A stretch of DNA of 62,264 nucleotides from a virus. Within the stretch, counting starts at the first letter, position 1, and every line of letters starts with the position of its first letter. The DNA lies in the IMG/VR virus record IMGVR_UViG_3300015078_000002, positions 1 to 62,264 of that record. The stretch is one strand, 5' to 3'. The notes under the pieces are model-generated. The model was not told the origin of the DNA, did not search any database, and saw only the letters and a program-made list of their open reading frames with translations. Positions 51,672 to 59,456 of this stretch are shown here, piece after piece. The position numbers and the translations under genes were made by a program.

Positions 51672-51699
51672 GTTTACCGCGGCGCTGTGGACTTGTCAA
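51672..51699 (-). promoter_or_regulatory. Sigma70-like promoter candidate with GTAAAC -10 box
   Basis: TTGACA (51699-51694), 16 nt, GTAAAC (51677-51672, containing the upstream TAA stop), 11 nt, ATG 51660. Includes ACAGC-GCCGCG-GTAAAC. Confidence 0.5.
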
Positions 51700-52042
51700 C
51701 AAGGTGGAGCGCTCGCGGGAAGGCGTACGCCATCCACGCCTTGCGGAGCCGCTCGTTCGCGAACGCCTGATCTCCCTCGCCGTCCTTTTTCCCGTCGCAC
51801 TCGTACCAATCGCGCACGGCGTCGACGAGCGGCTGCAGTCCCTGTAATGCGTCGTAATGTTGTCCTGCGATCCGGCGCCACAACCCATCCTGCCCCGCGG
51901 CGATGACATGTTCCCGCGTGTCCCGCAGGATGAGCGCGAGCCCATGCACACTCTGGTGTAGGTCGTTCGGCCCGTGGTTTCGCTGCTCGTGCAGCTCGAT
52001 GATCAAGTTCTCGAGCATTTCGTCGAGTGGTGTAGTCGGCAT
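51674..52042 (-). CDS. Hypothetical protein (122 aa)
   Basis: MPTTPLDEMLENLIIELHEQRNHGPNDLHQSVHGLALILRDTREH... Confidence 0.65.
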   Translation of the reverse strand: MPTTPLDEMLENLIIELHEQRNHGPNDLHQSVHGLALILRDTREHVIAAGQDGLWRRIAGQHYDALQGLQPLVDAVRDWYECDGKKDGEGDQAFANERLRKAWMAYAFPRALHLVDKSTAPR

Positions 52043-52047
52043 GCCGC

Positions 52048-52078
52048 GTTTATAGCACGGCTACGTTTGGACGGTCAA
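52048..52078 (-). promoter_or_regulatory. Sigma70-like promoter candidate (leaderless geometry)
   Basis: TTGACC (52078-52073), 18 nt, TATAAA (52054-52049), 6 nt, ATG 52042. Includes GTAGC-CGTGCT-ATAAAC (52064-52048). Confidence 0.55.
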
Positions 52079-52256
52079 CGGTTGCCGAGCGCCGTCGGCG
52101 AGGTAGCCTAGCCCATTGCGCCCACCTAGCCCGACCGTCCTGCACCGCGGGATCCTGCTCGCCCGCGACCTAGCGTGCGCGGTCGTCGATATCCTTGCCG
52201 TGCTATTGGCTGTGCTCGTCGACGCGGCATGCGGCGGGCGTACCGAGGGATCGTAG

Positions 52257-52751
52257 CTACCTGTGGACCATGAGCGAGGCGACGGTCCCAGCTACGCTGA
52301 CGGCAAACGCGATCCACCCGATGTAGTCCTTCAGGCCGCCCGCTCGGCCCTCGAGCTTGGCCTCGAGCTTGTCGAGCGAGCGCTGTTGCAGCCCGACCAC
52401 GTCCTTGAGCGCGTCCACTTCGGTTGACGTCGCCACCGCCTTGCGCATGTCGTTGAGCTCGCTGAATCGCTTCTCCGCCGTGGCGTCGGAGCGCTTGGTG
52501 TCGATTTTTTGCGCTTCGTCTGCGCGCGCGGAGTCGAGCTTTTGCGCTTCGAGCGCGGCCTGAACGGCTTTGTCCGCGGCCCCGAACATGACGTCGATCG
52601 CTGCCCTGTTGGTGACGCGCAACTCGTCGAGGCGCTTGATCTCGCCCTCGAGCCGCTTGACCTCGCTCTCGAGCAACGCCTCGAGGTGCTCGCGCAGCGG
52701 GATCGCGTCGTCAGGGCGATGCTTCTCACGGTCTACAAGCGCAGCAGCCAT
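52257..52751 (-). CDS. Coiled-coil protein with C-terminal TM anchor
   Basis: 164 aa. Long heptad-like charged region, then ...YIGWIAFAVSVAGTVASLMVHR. Confidence 0.6.
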   Translation of the reverse strand: MAAALVDREKHRPDDAIPLREHLEALLESEVKRLEGEIKRLDELRVTNRAAIDVMFGAADKAVQAALEAQKLDSARADEAQKIDTKRSDATAEKRFSELNDMRKAVATSTEVDALKDVVGLQQRSLDKLEAKLEGRAGGLKDYIGWIAFAVSVAGTVASLMVHR

Positions 52752-52810
52752 ACCCTGTGAGTCGACCGACTACCGGTGAATTGCCGAGATGTTGGGGTGT
52801 CAGTGGGGTA

Positions 52811-54778
52811 CTACGTCGCGTCGATGCCGGTCGAGATCCCTATCACCTTGCCCCCGAGCGTGAAGGTCACGCCCACGCCTGCGAAAACCACCGTCGGTGT
52901 TACTGGCGACACCGCACCGTCGAGGGCAATCACGGTGACGTAGGTGCGGTCGCCGCCGGGCTGCGTGCGGTCGCCGCCGGGCTGCGCGCAGTCCAATCGC
53001 CATGCTCCGGTAAAGTCTGAGTTGGTGCGGAAGTCGAACGTGGTCCACTGCCCCGCCGCGGGCGCAACGCGGGTCACGGTCATCGTGTGGCCGCCCGCGG
53101 TCACGGTCGCCACAGCACCGGCGATTACCGGCTGGGTCGGGACCACGAGCTGCCAGGTCTGCGCCAGCGATGGCGTGGTGACCACGTGGTCCTGGACGAT
53201 GAACACGTCGGGCTGCAGCCACAGGATTTGCCGAGCGACCAACACCACGTTGGGGTTGCCCGCGTACGCCGCGGTCAGGTCGATCGACGCGAACATGTAG
53301 CCCGGTCCCGAGCGAAGCGTGAACACGCGCGACGTCGTGCCCGATTTCTGCGGGCACGAGCCGACCGCGCCGAGCCGCACCAGGCTGTGTGCCTCGGGGA
53401 GTCCGACCAGCGATCCCGACTGGACCACGCCACCCTTGCTGGCGATCACCGCGTCGTACGCCATCCAGCCGCCCTTGTAGATCATCAGCGAGCCCTGGTC
53501 CTGGTGCGCGTGGCTCTGCGTGTACGGGCCCGCGATCATACTGAGCATGGTGGCGGTCTTCGCCCACGAGCTTCGCGCGTTGATCTGTCCGATCCCGCTG
53601 GCGTAGCGCACGAGCGGCAGGTCGAGCGGAACGGGCGCAACGCTCGGGGCGAATACGACGTCGTAGCCGAGCATGAAGCCGCTCTGCATCGACGGCACGC
53701 TTGATGCTGCGAGCAGCGCCAGCGCGCGGGCGGATTCGGGGGCCGCTGGATAGAGCGCGACGAGCTCGAGCATGTAGGAGCGCTCGTAGTCGAACAGCGC
53801 CGCCGTGCTGTCGCGGGACTGGTCGCCGATCGGCAGCTTGCGGTCCAGCGTCGGCACGATCTGCGAGATCGCGGTCAGGATCGAGGCGCGCGTGTGCGGG
53901 GTCAGATCCGCGAGCGATTCGCCGGTGCTCCACTGCCACAGCGCGTAGAGCTCGAACAGGTTGCGCAGCGCGACGCCGTAGCCGGTACCCTCGCGCGAGC
54001 CGCCGTCCGCCTGCTCCGCGGTCATGTACGGGATGAGCCGGCCCACGATGCGCTCGTTGAGCTTCGCGATCCACGACGCGGCCTGCGGGTTCTCGCCCTG
54101 CGTCGCCAGCCCAAACAGCATCGTGGCGCGCGTGAACGAGTAGTAGTAGTTGTCCCCGGGGTCGTCCGTCGCCCAGCCCGTCCACGTCGCCGTCTTGCCG
54201 CCCCACGATGCCGTGGTCGGGTTCCAAACGTTGCTCACCGCCTGGTTGGCGTAGGCGATCCACCTCGAGCGCTGCGAGCTCGTGAGCGTCGTGGAGCACC
54301 AGTCATAGACCAGCGCGAGGTCGCCGATCATCTCGCCGACCTGCAGGTAACTGTCACCGGCGACCGCCGGGACCATGCCTTGCGCGATGGCCGACTCGGC
54401 CGCAGCGACCTGCGCATCGATCACAGCAACGGCCTTGGCCGCGTATCTCGGATCGCCACCGAGCGCGCTGAGCAGAGCGCCGTTCCACGCGTCGAGCCCC
54501 CAGATGTCCTCGCCTCCGAGCCACCGGTCGACGATCCCCTTCCAGCGCGCGCCGGCCGGCGAGGTCAGCGACGCCTTGAGCCGCGGGGCTTGCGAGCCCA
54601 GCATGATGCGCGGGTGCCCGGTCGGCACGATCACGGGCGTGGGCGGCGGCGGCGGCGGTATTGGCGGCGGACTAGGAACTGGATCGGGCGGCGGAGCGAC
54701 GATGGGTAGCGCCTCGAGCAGCGCGTCGATGCCGGCGGTCGCCGCGCTGATCAGTTTGTCGCGCGTGTCGTCGGGCAT
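52811..54778 (-). CDS. Heparinase II/III-like polysaccharide lyase (depolymerase candidate)
   Basis: ATG 54778. Pro-rich N-terminal linker, W/Y-rich helical region, then ...GPYTQSHAHQDQGSLMIYKGGWMAYD..., resembling the HxHxDxGSF core of the Hepar_II_III family (recall level). Confidence 0.55.
   Translation of the reverse strand: MPDDTRDKLISAATAGIDALLEALPIVAPPPDPVPSPPPIPPPPPPTPVIVPTGHPRIMLGSQAPRLKASLTSPAGARWKGIVDRWLGGEDIWGLDAWNGALLSALGGDPRYAAKAVAVIDAQVAAAESAIAQGMVPAVAGDSYLQVGEMIGDLALVYDWCSTTLTSSQRSRWIAYANQAVSNVWNPTTASWGGKTATWTGWATDDPGDNYYYSFTRATMLFGLATQGENPQAASWIAKLNERIVGRLIPYMTAEQADGGSREGTGYGVALRNLFELYALWQWSTGESLADLTPHTRASILTAISQIVPTLDRKLPIGDQSRDSTAALFDYERSYMLELVALYPAAPESARALALLAASSVPSMQSGFMLGYDVVFAPSVAPVPLDLPLVRYASGIGQINARSSWAKTATMLSMIAGPYTQSHAHQDQGSLMIYKGGWMAYDAVIASKGGVVQSGSLVGLPEAHSLVRLGAVGSCPQKSGTTSRVFTLRSGPGYMFASIDLTAAYAGNPNVVLVARQILWLQPDVFIVQDHVVTTPSLAQTWQLVVPTQPVIAGAVATVTAGGHTMTVTRVAPAAGQWTTFDFRTNSDFTGAWRLDCAQPGGDRTQPGGDRTYVTVIALDGAVSPVTPTVVFAGVGVTFTLGGKVIGISTGIDAT
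52944..52985. repeat. Exact 21-bp tandem duplication inside the lyase gene
   Basis: GTGCGGTCGCCGCCGGGCTGC at 52944-52964 and 52965-52985. Encodes QPGGDRT twice. Confidence 0.95.
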
Positions 54779-54832
54779 CCTCTGACCGTACCTCGATCGG
54801 CGACGAACACCCGAAGATGCTACGGTCGCCGG

Positions 54833-54910
54833 ATGTTCATCAGCATCGTCCCTGTGGTGATCTGCCTCGTCGGCCTGCTGAGCGCCCACGTCGTCAGCGT
54901 CGGGCGGTAA
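54833..54910 (+). CDS. Very small hydrophobic peptide (25 aa), antisense to the lyase 5' leader
   Basis: MFISIVPVVICLVGLLSAHVVSVGR. 23 of the 24 sense codons after the ATG end in G/C (background about two-thirds). GCTACGGT lies 6 nt upstream of the ATG, as at other leaderless starts. Confidence 0.35.
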   Translation: MFISIVPVVICLVGLLSAHVVSVGR

Positions 54911-54936
54911 CTGCTCCCTTGCTTCGAGCTCGAGCC

Positions 54937-54953
54937 GTGGCCACGCTGTAAAC
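54937..54953 (+). promoter_or_regulatory. Orphan plus-strand copy of the GTAGC-N6-GTAAAC motif
   Basis: GTGGC-CACGCT-GTAAAC in the 393-nt non-coding region. No convincing downstream plus-strand gene. Confidence 0.3.
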
Positions 54954-55034
54954 AGTTGGTCGCCCCTGGACGATCCGCCCTGAGCCCGCTGGCCGCCCCT
55001 CACCAGTGGGCTCGAACTTTGTGGGCCACAAACG

Positions 55035-55064
55035 ACAACACCCCGGGCTCTGTCGGGGTGTTGT
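55035..55064 (-). terminator. Hairpin, terminator candidate
   Basis: ACAACACCCCG (55035-55045), 8-nt loop, CGGGGTGTTGT (55054-55064). On the minus strand it is followed by GUCGUUUGUGG. Lies 108 nt after the stop at 55172. Confidence 0.45.
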
Positions 55065-55171
55065 GTGCGCTGAGAGGGTGACCAGCGCGTCGTCACATCC
55101 GCGATCTCCACCGCGCGGTCGGCTGACAGACGTCGACTTCAGCTCGTCAGCGAGTCGGACGCCGAGAGACG

Positions 55172-55513
55172 TTACGGGGTCGGCGGCGGGTTCGCGGCCG
55201 GCGTGTTCGCGACCACCGCGGCGGCCAGTGCGGCGCGGCTGGTCTCGAGCGTGCTCGCCAGCGCGGTCAACTTCGTGCGATCGGTGCCGGCGTCGCGGAG
55301 TTGCTGAGCGATGCCTGCGAGCAAGAGGGCCACGCTGGCCTCCTCGTCGGTGTTGGCGGTGACCTGGACAGTGAGGGCGTCGAGTTCTGCTGACATGATG
55401 AGATCTCCGATCAAGAGCTGCTGGGTTGCCAAATACGAACGGTCGATCTTGCGCTCGATCCGCACGAGCAATGCCGTCAGTCGTGCGAATGCGGCGGTGT
55501 GTTCGGCGTCCAT
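55172..55513 (-). CDS. Hypothetical protein (113 aa; start 55513, 55546 or later)
   Basis: ...MSAELDALTVQVTANTDEEASVALLLAGIAQQLRDAGTDRTKLTALASTLETSRAALAAAVVANTPA... Confidence 0.55.
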   Translation of the reverse strand: MDAEHTAAFARLTALLVRIERKIDRSYLATQQLLIGDLIMSAELDALTVQVTANTDEEASVALLLAGIAQQLRDAGTDRTKLTALASTLETSRAALAAAVVANTPAANPPPTP

Positions 55514-55561
55514 CTTTTTACCTTGCACGAGCAAACGCGCCGACACAAGCGGGCGCCGCTG

Positions 55562-55960
55562 TCACTCGAAGGGCACTATCGAGATCGTCACGCCGCTCGG
55601 GGATCCGATGGTCACACGTTTGGTCACGTGGAGCGCGTCGACCTGCTCATCGTCGATCCATACCAGCGCTGTGAGAGCGTCCAAGATCGAGCGGCAAAGC
55701 TTGTCGATGTCACGCTTGTTCGCCCGCGTTCGGTTCGGTGGCGGCTCGAGCACGAAGTCGAGATGCACCTGGTATCGGCGATCGTCTGCGACGTGGCGCG
55801 CCTTGATGCACGCCGCCTTCGTTGCCCACGCCACCGACGCGGCCCAGCCCTTCTCGCGCGGGTTGTCGGCCTTCACGCGCCCGCCGCCGAGCGGGATCCA
55901 TGAGCCCTTGGTCTCGGGCATTCCGGCGACGAAGTAGGTCAGGGCGGTGGGTCCCAGCAT
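55562..55960 (-). CDS. rusA: RusA-like Holliday junction resolvase
   Basis: ...FVAGMPETKGS... and ...KRDIDKLCRSILDALTALVWIDDEQV... match the RusA catalytic Asp motif region. Start uncertain (55960 overlaps the upstream gene by 22 nt). Confidence 0.7.
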   Translation of the reverse strand: MLGPTALTYFVAGMPETKGSWIPLGGGRVKADNPREKGWAASVAWATKAACIKARHVADDRRYQVHLDFVLEPPPNRTRANKRDIDKLCRSILDALTALVWIDDEQVDALHVTKRVTIGSPSGVTISIVPFE

Positions 55961-56367
55961 AGGAAGTGCAGCCGAATGAGGTTTGGTTCGGTCGTGACGT
56001 AGTGAGGCTCGGCTCCGACCGCGGTCAGATCGTAGACCTCTGACTCGAATGGCCCACCTTCCTCCCTGCTGCCCCACCGATGTTCCATCTCGCGCCGCAT
56101 CCCGCTCGAGATCCGACCGCCACACAGCACGATCCCGTCGCAACGCTCGACCACGGCGCAATCGTCGACCAGCCCGGCCTCGCGCGCGGCGGGGTCCGAG
56201 TCATCCGCGCCGGCGAGCACCGCCGCAATCCACGGCGCGATGAACGTGATGTTCGGGTACGTCTTGCGCAGCCAGGCGAGCCAGCGGAGCGCGCGCAAGA
56301 TATTAGCCTGGATGCCGCGGGCGTCAGGTGCACCGAGCGGATGCGCGACGTAGAGGACGTGCCTCAC
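55939..56367 (-). CDS. Hypothetical protein, possibly nucleoside 2-deoxyribosyltransferase-like (DUF1937/DUF4406-type)
   Basis: GTG 56367 after GGAGGGA. RHVLYVAHPLGAPD...ITFIAPWIAAVLAG...VERCDGIVLCGGRISSGMRREM. Weak recall-level similarity only. Confidence 0.35.
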   Translation of the reverse strand: MRHVLYVAHPLGAPDARGIQANILRALRWLAWLRKTYPNITFIAPWIAAVLAGADDSDPAAREAGLVDDCAVVERCDGIVLCGGRISSGMRREMEHRWGSREEGGPFESEVYDLTAVGAEPHYVTTEPNLIRLHFLCWDPPP

Positions 56368-56501
56368 GGCTTCCCTCCGTGCTCTGCGATCCACCGCTGC
56401 ACGTCGTCGGCGACCTGTAGGTACTCGTCGCTCGGCGTCATGTCGACCTCCTGCCCGGGTTTGTACGCCTTCCACACGCGGTCGCGCAGCGCCTTGGGCA
56501 A
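56364..56501 (-). CDS. Small hypothetical protein (45 aa from TTG 56501, or 25 aa from ATG 56441)
   Basis: PKALRDRVWKAYKPGQEVDMTPSDEYLQVADDVQRWIAEHGGKP. AGGAGG precedes the internal ATG. GTGA overlap downstream. Confidence 0.35.
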   Translation of the reverse strand: MPKALRDRVWKAYKPGQEVDMTPSDEYLQVADDVQRWIAEHGGKP

Positions 56502-56544
56502 CGCGAACCAGTGCCGACGTCATGCTCGGGCTCCGCGCTTCATG

Positions 56545-56781
56545 TCATCCGCGACCCGCGCGGTACCTGGCCAGGAACTCCGCGCCCGACGTGAACGGTT
56601 TCCGCTCGCCACCGTCGTGCATGTTGAGCAGCGTGGCGTAGTGGCCGTACAAGCGAACCAACTCATCGAGCGCGCGCACGAGATCTTGGTTCTCGGCCTC
56701 GAGTTCCGCGATCTTGTCGCGAAGCTTATCTGCGTGATACTCGACGTATTCACGATCGGCACGCTCGTCAGACGTGCTCAC
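56545..56781 (-). CDS. Hypothetical coiled-coil protein (78 aa)
   Basis: GTG 56781 in a GTGA overlap. STSDERADREYVEYHADKLRDKIAELEAENQDLVRALDELVRLYG... Confidence 0.5.
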   Translation of the reverse strand: MSTSDERADREYVEYHADKLRDKIAELEAENQDLVRALDELVRLYGHYATLLNMHDGGERKPFTSGAEFLARYRAGRG

Positions 56782-56882
56782 AACTTGGGCCTCGGGCCGC
56801 GCAGGACCCACAGGATCGGGCCGCCGATCCCCACGATCGCGAGGTCGGCCAGCACGCGCAACGGGAACAGGATGACTTTCAT
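56778..56882 (-). CDS. Small membrane peptide (34 aa)
   Basis: ATG 56882, 8 nt after a GTAAAC box. MKVILFPLRVLADLAIVGIGGPILWVLRGPRPKL. Confidence 0.4.
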   Translation of the reverse strand: MKVILFPLRVLADLAIVGIGGPILWVLRGPRPKL

Positions 56883-56890
56883 TGGGCGCA

Positions 56891-56918
56891 GTTTACCGCG
56901 GCGATACGACGGCGTCAA
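56891..56918 (-). promoter_or_regulatory. Sigma70-like promoter candidate with GTAAAC -10 box
   Basis: TTGACG (56918-56913), 16 nt, GTAAAC (56896-56891), 8 nt, ATG 56882. Includes GTATC-GCCGCG-GTAAAC. Abuts the dnaN stop. Confidence 0.5.
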
Positions 56919-58016
56919 TCATAGGCGCATCGGCATCGCCACGCAGCGATGACTCTTGTCCCCGAACGGCATGATCAGCGCGGGGTCCACGTCGGTGCCG
57001 AGCGCGATCACAGCCTGTTCGCTCGTCATCGTCGAGAGTATCTCCACCAGGTACTTCGGGTTGAACCCGATCGACAGGTGCGGGCCGCTGCACTCGGCGC
57101 CGATCTCGTCGGAGACCTGCCCCATGTCCGGGTGCTCGGACACGAGGGACAGACCGTCCGCCGACGTCGTGATCTTCACGCCGCGCGTCTCGCTGGTCAT
57201 CAGCTGCACGCGCTTGAGCGACTCGATCAGGCGCAGCCGGTCGACGGTGACCAGCGTCTTGTTGGCGATCCCGTCGAACATCGTGCGCAGGTTCGGGAAC
57301 TCGGCGGCGATCAGCTTGGCGGCGATCGTGAGCGTGCCGACCTGCACGAATAGGATCGGCCCGGCGACGCCGACCATGGGCGCCTCGTTGCTCTCGGCGA
57401 TCTTGCGGATCTCGCCCAGCCCCTTGCGCGGCACCAGAACACCATTGTCGAACACCGGGCCGGCCGCGATGCGCTCGACCACCGAGGCCCGATGCCCGTC
57501 GGTCGCCGATGCGCGCATGACCTTGCCGTCGCTCTCGAGCAGCACGCCCGCGAGGTTGAACTTCGCGTCATCCAGCGACGTCGCGAAGATCGTGCGGTCG
57601 ATCAGGTCGCGCAGTACGATCGGGTCGACCTTGACCAGCTTGGCCTCGGTCGCGATCGGGACGCGAGGGAAGTCGCGGTCCGACATGCCGAGCAACTTGT
57701 ACTTCGCCTTCCCGCTCTTGATCTCGGCGTGGTTACCGTCGCTCTTCTTGAGCGTCACATCCTCGCCTGGCGCGTTGGCCACGAGCTCGTAGAGGCTCTT
57801 GGCGTCAAGCGCGATCCCGCCCTCGACGGCGTTGGCGCTCTTGAGCTCGGCGGTCAGCGAGACGTTGAGGTCGGTGGCGGCGACCAGGATCTGCCCCTTG
57901 CCGTGCGTGCGCAGCACGACGTTGCCCAGCATCGGCATCACGTTTTTCTTGTCCGCGATGCCCTGCGCCAGCTTGAGGCCGCGGAGAAACTCGAGCTTTG
58001 CGATTCGGAATTCCAT
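56919..58016 (-). CDS. dnaN: DNA polymerase III beta subunit (sliding clamp)
   Basis: 365 aa. MEFRIAKLEFLRGLKLAQGIADKKNVMPMLGNVVL...ATDGHRAS...IGFNPKYLVEIL... Canonical three-domain clamp pattern. Confidence 0.85.
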   Translation of the reverse strand: MEFRIAKLEFLRGLKLAQGIADKKNVMPMLGNVVLRTHGKGQILVAATDLNVSLTAELKSANAVEGGIALDAKSLYELVANAPGEDVTLKKSDGNHAEIKSGKAKYKLLGMSDRDFPRVPIATEAKLVKVDPIVLRDLIDRTIFATSLDDAKFNLAGVLLESDGKVMRASATDGHRASVVERIAAGPVFDNGVLVPRKGLGEIRKIAESNEAPMVGVAGPILFVQVGTLTIAAKLIAAEFPNLRTMFDGIANKTLVTVDRLRLIESLKRVQLMTSETRGVKITTSADGLSLVSEHPDMGQVSDEIGAECSGPHLSIGFNPKYLVEILSTMTSEQAVIALGTDVDPALIMPFGDKSHRCVAMPMRL

Positions 58017-58022
58017 GGCGAC

Positions 58023-58052
58023 AACGTAGCACTACGGTAAACGCGGCGTCAA
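58023..58052 (-). promoter_or_regulatory. Sigma70-like promoter candidate (leaderless geometry) for dnaN
   Basis: TTGACG (58052-58047), 18 nt, TACGTT (58028-58023), 6 nt, ATG 58016. Spacer carries GTTTAC-CGTAGT-GCTAC (58042-58026). Confidence 0.5.
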
Positions 58053-58565
58053 GCATCTCGGGTCTCCCTGCTTGAGCAGCCCCAGGGTCTGCGTGGTCGC
58101 GACGCCATCGAGCACACCGATGGACGCATCGCCCTGCCAGCACGGGACGTCGCCGACCGAACCGTCGACGTGCGCGAAGTACGCGCCTGCGGTCACGGGT
58201 CGAATGGTCAGGGTGTCGCCGACCTCCACGCATGGCATCGCGGCCGAACGAGGGCACATGGCGGTGTACGTCCCGACCGTGGTAGCGCCGCGCTGGTGCA
58301 GGATGGTGACGGGCACGCAGGCGCCCGATGCGGTGACGAGCACGAGCGACATCGCGGTGATACCACCCGTGCAGTTGGAGTTTCCGCGGGTGGAGATGGA
58401 AAGCACGATGCTGCCGTTGGCCCCGGAGTCCTGCGGCGGGTGGACGTGAGCGTCGAGTTCGGCGTCACCGGTGCTGACCGAGGCGTCGTGCTTGGTGACG
58501 GTGGCGCAGCTCGAGGGCTGGCAGGATGCCACGACGATGACGAGCGCCGCGATGACACGCGACAT
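58032..58565 (-). CDS. Lipoprotein (177 aa)
   Basis: MSRVIAALVIVVASC (lipobox). Beta-rich mature part with 8 further Cys. Confidence 0.65.
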   Translation of the reverse strand: MSRVIAALVIVVASCQPSSCATVTKHDASVSTGDAELDAHVHPPQDSGANGSIVLSISTRGNSNCTGGITAMSLVLVTASGACVPVTILHQRGATTVGTYTAMCPRSAAMPCVEVGDTLTIRPVTAGAYFAHVDGSVGDVPCWQGDASIGVLDGVATTQTLGLLKQGDPRCLTPRLP

Positions 58566-59437
58566 CAGAACAGCGTCCTTTGTGCCGGCGACTCGACCGC
58601 CCGCAGGTTCGCCACCGCCTGCTTGTAGTACGACGCCTTGAGCTCGGCGCCCACGAACTTGCGGCCCATCTCGAGCGCGACGTAGCCCTCGGACCCGATG
58701 CCGGCGAAGGGCGAGAGCACGGTGTCACCGGGGTTGGACCACAGGTGTATCGCGCGGCGGATGACCTCCAATTGAAGCGGACACACGTGTCTCTCGTCGG
58801 CATCCTCGCGTGCGCTGCGGAATTGGAGCGTGTCGCTGGGGTCGATATCCATCCACACCGGCGACGCGTACCGCTGCCAGAGCGTGACCGGCAGATCGGT
58901 GTCGTCGTGGGTCACGGGCTCGGGGTTGTCGCCGGGCTTGCCCATGGTCACCAGGTAGTCGGCGAGTCCCATGCGAGAGCGGCAGCTGTCTTTCTTGATC
59001 TGCTTGTGGAGCAGCCCGAGCGCCTTGGTCCGTTGCATCTGCACAACAGGGTCTTTCCAGATGCAGACCTCGGAGTGATAGAGAAAGCCCGCCGCCTTGA
59101 ACAGCCTGATCAGGTCGCCGCGGAAGTCCGACAACTCGATGCGACCGAATGACGCCTTGCTAAGTGGCAGCAGCATGCAGTGGAAGCTGACAAGCCGACC
59201 GGGCTTGAGCACACGGAATAACTCGCCCGCCATCCAGACCATTTGCTCGAAGAATTGCGAGTGATCCGAGTTCCCGAAATCGCGTGGCGACGCTGAATAT
59301 GTATAAAGGCTCGCAAAGGGAGGACTAAACACCGAATAATGCAGACTGCCAGTCGGCAACCCAGCGAGCACGTCGACGCAATCGCTGTGATAGAGGGCGA
59401 ACCGGTCCGTGATGGTCTGGTCGAGAACGTCGGTCAT
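58565..59437 (-). CDS. DNA methyltransferase, beta-class N4-cytosine/N6-adenine type
   Basis: SPPF (motif IV) is N-terminal and FAGIGSEG (motif I) C-terminal, the order of the N6_N4_Mtase family. Base specificity is not decidable from sequence alone. Confidence 0.8.
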   Translation of the reverse strand: MTDVLDQTITDRFALYHSDCVDVLAGLPTGSLHYSVFSPPFASLYTYSASPRDFGNSDHSQFFEQMVWMAGELFRVLKPGRLVSFHCMLLPLSKASFGRIELSDFRGDLIRLFKAAGFLYHSEVCIWKDPVVQMQRTKALGLLHKQIKKDSCRSRMGLADYLVTMGKPGDNPEPVTHDDTDLPVTLWQRYASPVWMDIDPSDTLQFRSAREDADERHVCPLQLEVIRRAIHLWSNPGDTVLSPFAGIGSEGYVALEMGRKFVGAELKASYYKQAVANLRAVESPAQRTLF

Positions 59438-59439
59438 GC

Positions 59440-59456
59440 GTTTACTCTCGCACTAC
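59440..59456 (-). promoter_or_regulatory. GTAGC-N6-GTAAAC motif copy at a gene junction
   Basis: GTAGT-GCGAGA-GTAAAC. The TAG of the helicase gene is inside GTAGT. GTAAAC ends 2 nt before ATG 59437. Confidence 0.4.

Noticed and set aside
52126-52317. ORFs inside the 52043-52256 gap (for example 52126..52317 -)
   Set aside because: Arg-rich translation and no start context. The region is better explained as non-coding with CCTAGCCC repeats.
54957-55082. Plus-strand ORF starting at TTG 54957, 3 nt after the orphan motif copy (and track ORF 55006..55362 +)
   Set aside because: Third-position G/C is only at about background level, and the frame runs through the terminator-like hairpin. No protein-like features.
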